DNA from: Candidatus Dormiibacterota bacterium | Lineage (GTDB): Bacteria; Chloroflexota; Dormibacteria; Aeolococcales; Aeolococcaceae | DNA length: 64,000 bases | Direction of reading: 5' to 3' | Assembly: GCA_963850385.1 (NCBI GenBank) | Contig: CAWKKS010000001.1 | Coordinates: 1,209,551 to 1,273,550, forward strand | Part shown: in pieces, positions 7,102 to 17,553 of the stretch | How the letters are laid out: each line of letters begins with the position of its first letter | Position numbering within the stretch: position 1 is the stretch's first letter | The notes under the pieces: generated by a model | Database searches by the model: none | Seen by the model: only the letters and a program-made list of their open reading frames with translations | Told to the model about the DNA's origin: nothing | Position numbers and translations under genes: made by a program

Positions 7102-9740
7102 GGCGCGGCGCGCTCGCGCAGCTCCGCCAGCTTGTTGAGCGCGGCGATGGGCGTCAACCCCTCGATGTCGAGCTGAGCCAGCTCGGCGATGACCGGGTGC
7201 TGGGGAGCGGCGATCCCCAGGCTCAACTGGTCGGGGACGCCCCCGCCCGAGCCTGCCACCGGTCGCTCGCGTTCCAGGTCGGCGAGCAGCTGGCGCGCGC
7301 GCACCAGGACGCTGGCCGGGACACCGGCCAGGCGGGCGACGTGGATCCCATAGGAGCGATCGGCACCGCCCGGCACGATGCGGTGCAGGAAGGTCACCGC
7401 ATCCCCCTCCTCGAGGACCTCCACGCGCGCGTTGGTGACCCGCGGCAACCGGTCGGCGAGCACGGTGAGCTCGTGGTAGTGGGTGGCGAACAGGGTGCGG
7501 CAGTTGAGGCTGGGTGCCTCGTGCAGGTGCTCGACAACCGCCTGCGCGATCGACATGCCGTCGTAGGTCGAGGTGCCCCGGCCGATCTCGTCGAGGATGA
7601 CCAGGCTGCGACTGGTCGCCTGGCGCAGGATCGCCGCGGTCTCGGCCATCTCCACCATGAAGGTGGACAGCCCACCGCTGAGGTCGTCCTGGGCGCCGAT
7701 GCGGGTGAAGACGCGATCACAGACGCCGATGCGCGCACGCGCCGCGGGCACGAAGCTACCCATCTGCGCGAGCAGCGCAAGCAGCGCGACCTGGCGGAGG
7801 TAGGTCGACTTCCCCGCCATGTTCGGCCCGGTCAGGACCATCAGCCGCTCGGCGGCGTCGAGGCGGCAGTCGTTGGGGACGAAGCGTCCCGGCCCCAGCG
7901 CGCGCTCGACCAGGGGATGCCGCCCCTGGTCGATGTCGACGACCCCGGACGAATCGACCTGGGGTCGCACCCAGCGCTCCTCGACCGCGACGCAGGCGAG
8001 CGAACGGTGCACGTCGATGATGGCCACCGCCGCGGCGGCGTCGAGCAGGGCGGCGGCGTCGGTCGCCACCGCGTTGCGCAGATCATCGAGCAGCTCGTGC
8101 TCGCGCGCCAGCGCGCGCTCGCGGGCTCCGAGCACGATGGTCTCGCGCTCCTTCAGGTCGGCTGTGATGTACCGCTCCGCCCCCACCAGGGTCTGCTTGC
8201 GCACGTAGTCGGCGGGCACCGCGTCGCGATGTGCGTTGGGCACCTCGATGTAGTAGCCGAAGACCCTGTTGTAGCCGACCTTCAGCGAGCCGATCGCGGT
8301 GCGGCGGCGCTCGGTGTCCTCGAGGCCGGCGATCCAGGCGCGCGAGCCGGCGCCCGCGGCGATGAGCTCGTCGAGCTGGGCGTCGGCGCCCTGGCGGATG
8401 CAGCCGCCGTCGCGGCTGGTCTGGGGCAGCTCATCGACGAGCAGCTCACGCAACCGCCGCCCCAGGGTGTCGGGCGCCACGCACCGTGTGGCGGCGGCGG
8501 TGAGCTCGCCGGAGCGGACACCGGAGAGGATGTCCTGGATGGCCGGCAGGGCCGCGCAGGCCTGGCGGATGGCGCCCAGGTCACGCGGACCGGCGCTGCC
8601 CTGCACGCAGCGTGCCACCAGCCGCTCGAGGTCGCGCACCGCCCCGAGGGCCTCGCCGAGCGTCTCGCACAGCCGCGGCGAATCGGCGAGCTCGGCCACG
8701 GCGTCCTGGCGGGCAAGGATCAGCAGCGGCTCGATGAGTGGCTCGACGACGCGCGCACGGAGGAGGCGGCCCCCCATCGGCGTGCGGGTGCGATCCAGCA
8801 ACGCCGCCAGCGAGACCCCACCGCCGAGCGGGGCCACGAGCTCGAGGTTGCGTCGAGTCTGCGCGTCGAGTCGCATGCCCGCGCTCTCGTTGCGCCGTCG
8901 CACGTGCACGAAGCCCGTGCTGAGGATCAACCGCGCGCGCTCGCAGTAGGCGAGCACCGCCCCCGCCGCGCAGACGGCGCGGTCGAGGTCGTCGATGCCG
9001 AGCCCGTCCAAGCTTGCCGACGAGACCGCACGAAGCCGATCGCGCGCACGGGAGCCGTCGAAGAACGACCGGGGGAGCAACGAGCGCCGGCTCCCCGGGG
9101 CCAGCCCCGTCGGGACGGTGCCGCCGTCGTCGGCGATGAGGATCTCGGCGACGTCGAGCCGATCGCACTCCTCACGCAGCGCCACCGACTCGATGCCGCC
9201 CGCGACCTCGGTGAGGAGCAGCTCACCACTGGCCGGGTCGAGCGCGGCGATGCCGCTCCGGCCGCCGGCGCTGTGGACGGCGACGCAGCGCGCCACCCGA
9301 CCGTCGTCCAGGTATTCCGCTTCGCTGATCGTCCCCGGGCTGAGCACCCGGGTCACCTCACGCTGCACCAGCCGGCCGGCCACGACCTCCCCGACCTGGT
9401 CCCACAGGGCGACGCGCCGCCCCGCGTCGAGGAGGCGGCGGATGTAGCCGGGGGCGGCGTGGTGCGGCACCCCGCACATCGGCAGCCGACCGGCCGCGCC
9501 GAACCCGCGCCCGGTGAGGGCGACACCCAGCAGGGGCGCCGCCTCCTGCGCGTCCGCCCCGAACATCTCGTAGAAGTCCCCGAGCCGTGCCATCACCAGC
9601 GCGTCGGGGAACTCCGCCTTGACCGCTCGGTACTGCTGGAGGATCGGGGTGCTGCCCGCGGCGTCGAGGTCGATGACCGGCCCGGGCGGTTCGGCGTCGC
9701 CGGTCTCGTGAGGCGCGCGCCCCTGGCCCCGCCGGGTCAC
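7098..9740 (-). CDS. mutS: DNA mismatch repair protein MutS
   Basis: TPILQQYRAVKAEFPDALVMARLGDFYEMF mismatch-binding N-terminus and Walker A GPNMAGKST. ORF 7098..10292 is trimmed to GTG 9740, which overlaps the miaB stop (GTGA). Confidence 0.92.
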   Translation of the reverse strand: MTRRGQGRAPHETGDAEPPGPVIDLDAAGSTPILQQYRAVKAEFPDALVMARLGDFYEMFGADAQEAAPLLGVALTGRGFGAAGRLPMCGVPHHAAPGYIRRLLDAGRRVALWDQVGEVVAGRLVQREVTRVLSPGTISEAEYLDDGRVARCVAVHSAGGRSGIAALDPASGELLLTEVAGGIESVALREECDRLDVAEILIADDGGTVPTGLAPGSRRSLLPRSFFDGSRARDRLRAVSSASLDGLGIDDLDRAVCAAGAVLAYCERARLILSTGFVHVRRRNESAGMRLDAQTRRNLELVAPLGGGVSLAALLDRTRTPMGGRLLRARVVEPLIEPLLILARQDAVAELADSPRLCETLGEALGAVRDLERLVARCVQGSAGPRDLGAIRQACAALPAIQDILSGVRSGELTAAATRCVAPDTLGRRLRELLVDELPQTSRDGGCIRQGADAQLDELIAAGAGSRAWIAGLEDTERRRTAIGSLKVGYNRVFGYYIEVPNAHRDAVPADYVRKQTLVGAERYITADLKERETIVLGARERALAREHELLDDLRNAVATDAAALLDAAAAVAIIDVHRSLACVAVEERWVRPQVDSSGVVDIDQGRHPLVERALGPGRFVPNDCRLDAAERLMVLTGPNMAGKSTYLRQVALLALLAQMGSFVPAARARIGVCDRVFTRIGAQDDLSGGLSTFMVEMAETAAILRQATSRSLVILDEIGRGTSTYDGMSIAQAVVEHLHEAPSLNCRTLFATHYHELTVLADRLPRVTNARVEVLEEGDAVTFLHRIVPGGADRSYGIHVARLAGVPASVLVRARQLLADLERERPVAGSGGGVPDQLSLGIAAPQHPVIAELAQLDIEGLTPIAALNKLAELRERAAP

Positions 9741-11032
9741 GCCGCCGCGCTGACCGAGTCGATCTCGAGCTGCCAGTGCGTGGCCCGGGCGACGCGGCCG
9801 CTGTGCAGCCCGCCCCCGACGGCGCTGCCCGGCGGCAGCCACGCCACCTTGCCCTGGCGGGTCCGGCCATACGGACGTCGATCCGCCGCGACGCCTTCGA
9901 CGAGCACCTCGACCTCGCGGCCGAGCAGGGCCTGGTTGCGTTCCAGGGCGATGCCCCGCTGCACGTCGAGGAGATGGTTGAGGCGGCGCTTCTTCTCGAC
10001 GAGGGGGACGTCGTCCGGTCGCCGCGCGGCCGCGGTGCCCGGGCGCACCGAGTACGCCTGGATGTGCACGACGTCGTAGCGCACGTCGCGCAGGAGTTGG
10101 ACGGTGCCCTCGAACTCCGCCTCCGTCTCGCCGCTGAAGCCCACGATGATGTCGGTGGTGAGCGCGAGATCCGGCACGATGGCTACCGCGGCGGCGATCT
10201 TCTCGCGGTACTCGGCGACGCTGTAGACACGGCGCATGCGCCGCAGCAGCCCGTCGTCGCCCGCCTGCACCGGCAGGTGCAGCTGCTCGCATACCGAGGG
10301 CAGGTCGCGCATCGCCTCGAACAGCTGGGGCACAGCGTTGCGGGGGTGCGAGGTCAGGAAGCGCAGGCGTCGCAAGCCGGCCACCTCGTCGACCGCCGCG
10401 AGCAGTTCGGGCAACCCCGCGCCGGACTGCGGATCGCGGTAGCTGTTGACGTTCTGGCCGAGCAGTGTGACCTCGCGCACGCCGCGGCCCACCAGCCGGG
10501 CCACCTCATCGACGATCTCCGCCGTGGTGCGGCTGCTCTCGCGACCGCGCACGAACGGGACGATGCAGTACGTGCACATCTCGTTGCAGCCGCCCATCAC
10601 CGGCACGTAGGCGAGCAGGCGGTCCGACGCCGGCATGGTGACTGGGCCGTCGATGTCGCCGCCGTACAGGGCCTGCAGTCGCGCGAAGAACCCCTCAGGC
10701 TCGCGCACGTCGAACATGTAATCGAGCTCGGTCATCCGTTCGAGCAGCGCAGGACCATGCTCCACCGCCATGCAACCGGTGAGCGCCACCGCACGTCCCG
10801 GGCGTTCCCGCTTCCACGGGATCAGCTCCTTGAACTTGCCGTACACCTTCTGTTCCGCGTTGGAACGCACCGCGCAGCTGATCAGCACCGCGATGTCGGC
10901 ATCCTCGAGCGGTACATCGGGGATGAACCCGATCTCCGCGAATGACTCGGCGAGCCGCTCATGGTCGGCGTCGTTCATCTGGCAGCCGATGTGCCAGAGG
11001 TGAACGCGCGGCGGCCGTCCCAGCAGCGGCAC
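9737..11032 (-). CDS. miaB: tRNA-i6A37 methylthiotransferase MiaB
   Basis: N-terminal GCQMN cluster, radical-SAM CNEMCTYC, and a TRAM-like C-terminus. Start placed at GTG 11032 (VPLLGRPPRVHLWHIGCQMN). The upstream start is uncertain. Confidence 0.88.
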   Translation of the reverse strand: MPLLGRPPRVHLWHIGCQMNDADHERLAESFAEIGFIPDVPLEDADIAVLISCAVRSNAEQKVYGKFKELIPWKRERPGRAVALTGCMAVEHGPALLERMTELDYMFDVREPEGFFARLQALYGGDIDGPVTMPASDRLLAYVPVMGGCNEMCTYCIVPFVRGRESSRTTAEIVDEVARLVGRGVREVTLLGQNVNSYRDPQSGAGLPELLAAVDEVAGLRRLRFLTSHPRNAVPQLFEAMRDLPSVCEQLHLPVQAGDDGLLRRMRRVYSVAEYREKIAAAVAIVPDLALTTDIIVGFSGETEAEFEGTVQLLRDVRYDVVHIQAYSVRPGTAAARRPDDVPLVEKKRRLNHLLDVQRGIALERNQALLGREVEVLVEGVAADRRPYGRTRQGKVAWLPPGSAVGGGLHSGRVARATHWQLEIDSVSAAA

Positions 11033-11198
11033 GATCGGTTCGCGACGCGCGGGCGACGCGGTGTCGCCGCGCTGGGCCAGCGGTAGCGGCCTGAAGTGCG
11101 ACGCGGAGTTGCTCAGGGTGGGGAGATACACGCGCCACCAAGCGTAGCGATTGCGCGGGCCCGCCGACGCCGCCCGGCGCGGTGAGCGACCGGGGCTG

Positions 11199-11459
11199 CT
11201 AGCGGACCTCGACCAGCAGGCGGATCCCGGTGCGCTCCTCGCCGTCGATCGAGATGTCGATGAACGACGGGATGCAGACCAGGTCGAGCCCGCCCGCGGC
11301 GACGTAGCCACGCGAGATGGCGATCGCCTTCACCGCCTGGTTGATCGCACCCGCTCCGATGGCCTGCACCTCCACCCGGTGCTGGGTGCGGACCACGCCG
11401 GCGATCGCGCCGGCGACGGCGACAGGCTTGCTGGTGGCTGAGACCTTGAGTACTTCCAC
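11199..11459 (-). CDS. spoVS: stage V sporulation protein S homologue
   Basis: The 86-aa product VEVLKVSATSKPVAVAGAIAGV..QAIGAGAINQAVKAIAISRGY..DLVCIPSFIDISIDGEERTGIRLLVEVR matches SpoVS end to end, as I remember the family. GGAG lies 9 nt before GTG 11459. Confidence 0.85.
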   Translation of the reverse strand: MEVLKVSATSKPVAVAGAIAGVVRTQHRVEVQAIGAGAINQAVKAIAISRGYVAAGGLDLVCIPSFIDISIDGEERTGIRLLVEVR

Positions 11460-11592
11460 GGGGTCTGGCTCCCCCTGTGAGGACGCATGCTTGGGCGGCT
11501 GCTGGGACGTGATCATGAATTCTCGCGATTGTGAGCCGCCCGGGCGATTCTCAGGTTTGGCTGCGATGCAATCGTTACTTTCCTGGAGCGGC

Positions 11593-13107
11593 CTACTTGG
11601 CGTACTCGACGCTGCGGGTCTCCCGCAGGACGACCACCTTGACCCGCCCCGTGTAGCTGCCCTCGGCGTGCAGCCGTTTGGCGATCTGGCGCGCCAGCAC
11701 CTGGGCGCGGTCGTCGCTCACCTCATTGGGTCGCACCATGACGCGCAGCTCCTTGCCCGCCTGGACCGCGAAGCTGTGTTCGACGCCGTCGAACTCCGAG
11801 GCGATCGCCTCGATCCGCTCCAGCCGTTTCACCGCTGTGGCCAGGGCCTCGCGCCGGGCCCCGCGGCGGGTGGCGGCGATGGCATCGGCGGTCATGACCA
11901 CGAAGGCGCCGACCGAACGCGGCTCCTCGTCGTAGTGGTGCGCGCGCACCGCCTGGACGACGTTGGCGGGGCGTCCCAGGCGCGCCAGGATCTCGCCGCC
12001 GATGATGGCGTGCGAGCCCTCCACGCCCTGCTCGACGGCGTGGCCGATGTCATGGAAGAGGCCGATCTCCCTGGCCTCCTGCTCGTCGTAGCCGATCTCC
12101 GCGGCGATCATCCCGGCGATCGCGGCGGTGTCCTTGCTGTGGCTCAGCACGTTGTGCCCGTACGAATTGCGGAAGCGAAGGGTGCCCAGGAGCTTGGCCA
12201 GCTCGGGGTGCACCGAGGGGATGCCCAGCTCCTGGCATGCCGCCTCCCCCTCCTCTTTGATGCGCTGGACGATCTCGCCGCGACTCTTGCCGACCATCTC
12301 CTCGATGCGCGCGGGATGGATGCGCCCATCGGCGAAGAGGCGCTCGAGGGTCACGCGGGCGACCTCGCGGCGCACCGGGTCGAAGCCGGACAGGACGACG
12401 GCCTCCGGGGTCTCGTCGACGATGACGTCGACGCCGGTCGCCGCCTCGAGCGCGCGGATGTTGCGGCCCTCGCGCCCGATGATGCGGCCCTTGAGGTCAT
12501 CGCTGGGCAGGTGCATCACGGTCACCGATGATTCGCCAGTCTGGTCGGACGCGTGCCGCTGCATCGCCGCGATGAGGATCTCGCGGCTGCGCTCATCCGC
12601 CTCCTCGTGCACGCGCCGGTCGGCGGCGCGGATCCGCTCCGCCACCTCGGCGTCGAGCTCGGCCTCCACCTCGGCGAGCAGCTCGGAGCGCGCCTCCTGC
12701 TGGGACAGCGCGGCGACGCGCTCGAGCTCGCGGCCGACCAGCTCGCGCTCGCTCTCGGTGGTCTGGCGCAGCTCCTCGAGCTCCTCCTCGCGGCGGACCA
12801 GGCGCTGCTCACTCTGCTCCAGCTCGCGGAGGCGCCGTTCGAGCGCCTCCTCACGCTGGCTGGTGCGCTGTTCCAGCCGGGCCACCTCGGCGCGGCGCTC
12901 GCGGACGTCTGCCTCGGCCTCACCGCGGATGCGGAAGGCCTCCTCGCGGGCGCCGACGAGGATCTGCTGCGCCTCCTGGTCGGCGGACTGCTGGCGGGTG
13001 TGCTGCTCGAGGTCGGCAGCGCCACGGCCCTCGCGTGCCCGCTCTGCGGTGCGGCGTGCGTACAGCACGGCGGCGACGGCGAAGGCCACGGCGATGCCCA
13101 AGCCCAC
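11593..13107 (-). CDS. rny: ribonuclease Y
   Basis: N-terminal hydrophobic anchor, Glu/Arg coiled coil, KH (GRIIGREGRNIRALE) and HD domain (LFHDIGH). The true start may be the non-canonical ATC at 13134 (see findings). Confidence 0.9.
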   Translation of the reverse strand: MGLGIAVAFAVAAVLYARRTAERAREGRGAADLEQHTRQQSADQEAQQILVGAREEAFRIRGEAEADVRERRAEVARLEQRTSQREEALERRLRELEQSEQRLVRREEELEELRQTTESERELVGRELERVAALSQQEARSELLAEVEAELDAEVAERIRAADRRVHEEADERSREILIAAMQRHASDQTGESSVTVMHLPSDDLKGRIIGREGRNIRALEAATGVDVIVDETPEAVVLSGFDPVRREVARVTLERLFADGRIHPARIEEMVGKSRGEIVQRIKEEGEAACQELGIPSVHPELAKLLGTLRFRNSYGHNVLSHSKDTAAIAGMIAAEIGYDEQEAREIGLFHDIGHAVEQGVEGSHAIIGGEILARLGRPANVVQAVRAHHYDEEPRSVGAFVVMTADAIAATRRGARREALATAVKRLERIEAIASEFDGVEHSFAVQAGKELRVMVRPNEVSDDRAQVLARQIAKRLHAEGSYTGRVKVVVLRETRSVEYAK

Positions 13108-13336
13108 GACTAGGGCGACGATCTCGATTGTGATGGGGGTTTCCTCGGGGTCGCGATCCTGGGGTGCGCCGGCGCACCCGGCCTGGCAACGCCTCAGCGG
13201 CGACGTCGCCTCCCCGAGCCCGGGTGCGGCTGCGTCGCCCGCGGCCGCGCGTGGCCGGGGTCGAGACGTGGTCGCATTGTAGTCGTGGAGGTGGTGTGAC
13301 GAAAGCTTCGCCGCCCCTCGATTACCCTAGCAACGA

Positions 13337-14713
13337 GTGAAGTCGGACCCATTCCGCCCCCCGATCGCCCCTCGACCGGCCGAGGGGATCGACCCGGTCG
13401 AGGCCCCCGGCACGCCCGCCGACGAGCTGGACCGTGCCGCCGCCGTCGAGCAGGAGCTGCTTGACAGCCACCCCAGTGCGCTGGGAGCCCTCCTGGTCGG
13501 GACGACGCTGCTGCGCATCGGGACCTCCGGCGCCGGGGTGGCGATCGGCTTCGACCTCGTCGACATGTTCGGTGGCCGCCCCAGCGGCCTGGTGGTGGGT
13601 TTCATCGGGGCCAGCCAGGCCGTGCCCGAGATGGTCTTCGCGCCCATCCTCGCTCGCCTCGCGGACCGCCTCGGTCGCCGGCTCTTCCTGATCGGGGGGC
13701 CACTCTTCAGCGTCGTCGGAGCGGTCATGCTGAGCCTGGCCACCCAGCCGTCACAGATCGTGCTGGCGCGCCTGGTCGAGGGTCTCGGCGCCGCCTGCTT
13801 CATCCCCACCGCGCTGGGGACGATCGCCGCGGCCACCAGCCACAGCCGCCAGGTGCGTGCCAACGCCAGCGGTGCCTTCGAGGCCGCCAACCTCGCCGGG
13901 TATGCCGGCGGGTTCGTGGTGGGTCCGTTCGCCTACCACTGGCTCCACCACGGCGCCTTCCTGGTGCTGGCCGGGCTCTACCTGGTCGCCGCCATCGTGT
14001 GCGCGGCGCTGGTCCCGTACGTGCCGCCGATGCCGGTCAGCCCGATGCGCCGGGTATTCGGTGCGGTGTTCGGCCGCGGGCCGCTGCGCAGCTTCCTACC
14101 CGCGTGGGTGGCCTGTTTCGCCCTGCTCGGCGCCTACGCCGCCCACCTGCCGGCCCTGCTCCGACGGGCCCCCATCCTCGGCCAGACGTTGGTCCATCAC
14201 TTCGATGAGCGGCTGGTCTCAGCGATGCTGGTGAGCTGGATCGCGCTGCTCCTGGTCGGGATCGCGCTGTGGACGCCCCGGATCCCGCGGATCGGTGCCG
14301 TCCGGGTGATGCGCCTGGCGACCCCGGGTGCCTGGCTGATCGCCGGTGCGCTGCTGCTGATGAACCACGTCGGGCTGGCCTGGTCGCCGTTGATCCTCCC
14401 CGCGCTGGCGCTCGGGGTGCTCGTCCTGGCCGGGTTCGGTCCCGCCGCCGTCACCTACCTGGCCGAGTGCTCCGAGACGTTCGTCGCCGACCGGGCTGCC
14501 CTGATGGCGTTCTACACGGTGGCCCTGGCCGGGGGCGGCGCGCTGGGCTCGATCATCGGTGGCGTGGCGGTGCGCGCCGGCAACCTCGACGGGCTGGTGT
14601 GGTTCGGCTTCGTGCTCTCTCTGATCGCCTACTTCGCGCTCACCCCGGTGCTGCGCTACGAGCGTTCCCTGCTGCGGTCCCGTGAGGCTGGGACGCCCAA
14701 GGTCCGCGTCTGA
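13337..14713 (+). CDS. MFS transporter
   Basis: About 12 predicted TM segments and the MFS loop motif LARLADRLGRR. Confidence 0.8.
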   Translation: MKSDPFRPPIAPRPAEGIDPVEAPGTPADELDRAAAVEQELLDSHPSALGALLVGTTLLRIGTSGAGVAIGFDLVDMFGGRPSGLVVGFIGASQAVPEMVFAPILARLADRLGRRLFLIGGPLFSVVGAVMLSLATQPSQIVLARLVEGLGAACFIPTALGTIAAATSHSRQVRANASGAFEAANLAGYAGGFVVGPFAYHWLHHGAFLVLAGLYLVAAIVCAALVPYVPPMPVSPMRRVFGAVFGRGPLRSFLPAWVACFALLGAYAAHLPALLRRAPILGQTLVHHFDERLVSAMLVSWIALLLVGIALWTPRIPRIGAVRVMRLATPGAWLIAGALLLMNHVGLAWSPLILPALALGVLVLAGFGPAAVTYLAECSETFVADRAALMAFYTVALAGGGALGSIIGGVAVRAGNLDGLVWFGFVLSLIAYFALTPVLRYERSLLRSREAGTPKVRV

Positions 14714-14740
14714 TCGTCGTCCGCGCGACCTCGACCGCGC

Positions 14741-16315
14741 TCAGGCCGTGCGCGGGGTGACCGGTGGTGTCAGCGGGGGCACCGAGGCGGTGCGCAGGGA
14801 ATCCCCCGCCTGCGGACGGTAGTCGGCGTCGCTCAGCTTTCCCGGGGTGCGATGCCGCGTCGCTGCGGCCAGCAGCGAGCCCACTGCGACGATCGCCAGG
14901 TTGACCACGATCGCGGCGAAGCCGATGTAGATCTTGCCCCCGACGCCGAAGTCGTGGAGGCTGGTGGCGAACTTCTCCTGCACCAGCGCGTACGTCCCCA
15001 GACCCATTCCACCCGCCCAGCCCAGGACCATCGCCCAGAGGTGCAGCCGCTTGACGTACAGCGCGACCACCAGCGCCGGGAGCGCGTTGATCATCCAGAC
15101 GCCGCCGGCGGTCTGGTAGTTGATGATGTCGGTGGTCGGCAGCGCCAGCACGAACACCAGCGCGCCGACCTTGACCAGCAGCGACACGATCTTGCTGACG
15201 GTGGCCTCCTCGCGACGGCTCATCGCGGGGTGCACGTACTCCCGCCAGATGTTGCGGCTGAACAGGTTCGCGGCGGCGATCGACATCACGGCGGCGGGAA
15301 CCAGCGCGCCGACCGCGATGGCGGCGAAGGCGATGCCCGTGAACCAGCTCGGGAACATGTTCTGGAAGAGGTCGGTGATGGCGCTGTTGTTGCCGAATGC
15401 CTTGCTCGGCTTGACCCCGGCGGCGATTGCCATGAAGCCGAGGAGCCCGATGAGGCCGAGCAGGAACGAGTACGCCGGCAGGAATGAGGCGTTGCGCTTG
15501 ATGACCCGCTGGCCACTGGCGCTGAACACCCCGGTGAGCGAGTGCGGGTAGAGGAAGAGCGCCAGGGCCGAGCCCAGAGCGATGCTGCTGTAGGCGTTGA
15601 ACAGCGAGGGCTGCAGCACGTCGGGCTTTCTCTTGGTGACCGGCGCGGCGGCCGCCACCTGCTGCACTTTGTGGAAGATGCTGCCGAAGCCGCCGAGCTT
15701 GTAGGGGATGTAGATGACGGCGACGATCACCACCAGCCAGATGAGCGCGTCCTTCACCACCGCGATCAGCGCCGGGGCGCGCAGGCCACTGACATAGGTG
15801 AACAGCGCGAGCACCCCGAAGGCGACCACCAGCGCCACCTCCGGGCTTATGCCGATGCTGGCCAGCACCAGCTTGATGCCGAAGATCTGCAGGGCGATGT
15901 ACGGCATCGTCGCCACCAGCCCGGTCAGGGCGATGAGCAGCGCGAAGAAGCGGCTGTCGAACCTGTCCTTCACGTAGTCCGGACCGGTCACGTAGCCGCG
16001 GTTGCGTGACACCTGCCACAGCCGCGGCATGGTGAGGAAGACGATCGGGTAGATGAGGATGGTGTAGGGGAGCGCGAACAGACCGTAGGCGCCGAGCGCG
16101 AAGACCACCCCGGGGACGGCGACGAAGGTATAGGCCGTGTAGAGGTCTCCGCCGAGCAGGAACCAGGTGATGATGGTCCCGAAGCTGCGGCCCGCCAGGC
16201 CCCACTCCTCGAGGTGGTTGAGGTCGGCGCGGCGCCACCGGGCGGCGCCGAACCCGATCACGGTGACCAAAACCCCGACGGCGATGACGATGGCAAGCTC
16301 GTCCCAATGTGTCAC
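14741..16315 (-). CDS. sodium:solute symporter family permease (monocarboxylate-type)
   Basis: 524-aa polytopic protein typical of the SSS family (..WGLAGRSFG..LLGGDLYTAYTF..). It is preceded by a small DUF3311-like partner with a 4-nt overlap. Confidence 0.85.
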   Translation of the reverse strand: MTHWDELAIVIAVGVLVTVIGFGAARWRRADLNHLEEWGLAGRSFGTIITWFLLGGDLYTAYTFVAVPGVVFALGAYGLFALPYTILIYPIVFLTMPRLWQVSRNRGYVTGPDYVKDRFDSRFFALLIALTGLVATMPYIALQIFGIKLVLASIGISPEVALVVAFGVLALFTYVSGLRAPALIAVVKDALIWLVVIVAVIYIPYKLGGFGSIFHKVQQVAAAAPVTKRKPDVLQPSLFNAYSSIALGSALALFLYPHSLTGVFSASGQRVIKRNASFLPAYSFLLGLIGLLGFMAIAAGVKPSKAFGNNSAITDLFQNMFPSWFTGIAFAAIAVGALVPAAVMSIAAANLFSRNIWREYVHPAMSRREEATVSKIVSLLVKVGALVFVLALPTTDIINYQTAGGVWMINALPALVVALYVKRLHLWAMVLGWAGGMGLGTYALVQEKFATSLHDFGVGGKIYIGFAAIVVNLAIVAVGSLLAAATRHRTPGKLSDADYRPQAGDSLRTASVPPLTPPVTPRTA

Positions 16316-16539
16316 GAGCCGTCCTCATGGCGGCTCGCGGCGTACACGAGGCCGGTGATGGCGACACCGAGGATCACCCAGAGGAACTGGTACCAGATGA
16401 AGAACGGGATCCCGGCGAGGCGCGGGTCTGCATGTGCGTAGAGCGTGGGGAACAGGAGTGCCACGAACGGCACGATGAGCAGGATGCGCGCCCTGCCACC
16501 GTGGCGACCTGGTTGCGGCGACCTCGCCATGCGGGGCAA
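16312..16539 (-). CDS. small two-TM membrane protein (DUF3311-like partner of SSS permease)
   Basis: 75-aa ORF with two hydrophobic helices, translationally coupled to the permease. The family call rests on the typical gene pairing. Confidence 0.55.
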   Translation of the reverse strand: MPRMARSPQPGRHGGRARILLIVPFVALLFPTLYAHADPRLAGIPFFIWYQFLWVILGVAITGLVYAASRHEDGS

Positions 16540-16580
16540 CGTCGCGCAGGTGTACCCCTGATGTCAAGGCGCGGCGACGA

Positions 16581-17549
16581 TCACCACGCGTAGGCCTGCG
16601 GTGCCGGTCCGACCGGCGGAAAGATGGCGTCCAGTCGTTCGAGAACGGGCTCGTCGAGGGTCACCTCGAGCGCACCGAGGTTGCTGTCGAGCTGCTCGAG
16701 CGTACGGGGGCCGATGATCGGCGCGGTCACCCCCGGCTGCCTCAACAGCCACGCCAGCCCGACATCGGCGGGGTGGACGCCGAGCTCGTCACACAACGCC
16801 TCGTAGCGCTCGATCTGATCGCGGTGAGCCTCGACCAGCTGCTGGGTCTGCTCGGACGCTGACCGCCCCTCCTTCTGCTTGCGCAGGACGCCGCCGAGCG
16901 CGCCACGCATCAGCGGGCTCCAGGGAATGATGCCCAGGCCGTACTCCCGCGCTGCCGGCAGCACCTCCATCTCGATGCGTCGCTCCATCAGGTTGTACAG
17001 CGACTGCTCGCTGACCAGGCCCTGGAAGTGGCGGGCACGTGCGCTCTCCTGCGCCTGGGCGATGTTCCACCCCGCGAAGTTCGATGAACCCACGTAGATG
17101 ACCTTCCCCTGGCGCACCAGCGTCTCCATCGCCTGCCAGATCTCGTCCCACGGGGTCTCCAGGTCGACGTGGTGCATCTGGTAGAGGTCGAGGTGATCGG
17201 TCTGCAGCCGGCGCAACGACCCCTCGCAGGCGCGAATGATGTTGCGCGCCGACAGGAAGGTGTCGTTGGGCCAGTCGCTCATCGACCCGTACAGCTTGGT
17301 GGCGATGACCACCTTCTCGCGCCGGGAGCCGCCCTGGGCGAACCAGCGTCCGACGATCTGCTCGGTCCACCCCTCCCCCTTCCGCCAGCCATAGACGTTG
17401 GCGGTGTCGAAGAAGTTGATGCCGCGCTCCAGCGCGCGGTCCATGATCCGGTGTGAGTCCTCCTCGGTCGCGTGCGGACCGAAGTTCATGGTGCCGAGAC
17501 AGAGGCGGCTGACCGAGAGGCCGGATCGGCCCAGGTGGGTGTATTCCAT
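16581..17549 (-). CDS. aldo/keto reductase
   Basis: MEYTHLGRSGLSVSRLCLGTMNFG...INFFDTANVYG..., the canonical AKR N-terminus and length. Confidence 0.9.
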   Translation of the reverse strand: MEYTHLGRSGLSVSRLCLGTMNFGPHATEEDSHRIMDRALERGINFFDTANVYGWRKGEGWTEQIVGRWFAQGGSRREKVVIATKLYGSMSDWPNDTFLSARNIIRACEGSLRRLQTDHLDLYQMHHVDLETPWDEIWQAMETLVRQGKVIYVGSSNFAGWNIAQAQESARARHFQGLVSEQSLYNLMERRIEMEVLPAAREYGLGIIPWSPLMRGALGGVLRKQKEGRSASEQTQQLVEAHRDQIERYEALCDELGVHPADVGLAWLLRQPGVTAPIIGPRTLEQLDSNLGALEVTLDEPVLERLDAIFPPVGPAPQAYAW

Positions 17550-17553
17550 CCCC

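Noticed and set aside
7068-10079. 1003-aa plus-strand ORF, and similar giants at 4176..5489, 23677..25257, 40952..42799, 49310..51148 and 61091..63262.
   Set aside because: They lie antisense to clearly identified genes (mutS, miaA, ftsK, infB, ruvAB, MFS). Their products are Arg/Gly/Ala/Pro/Asp low-complexity sequence with no motifs. These are the classic shadow ORFs of high-GC DNA.
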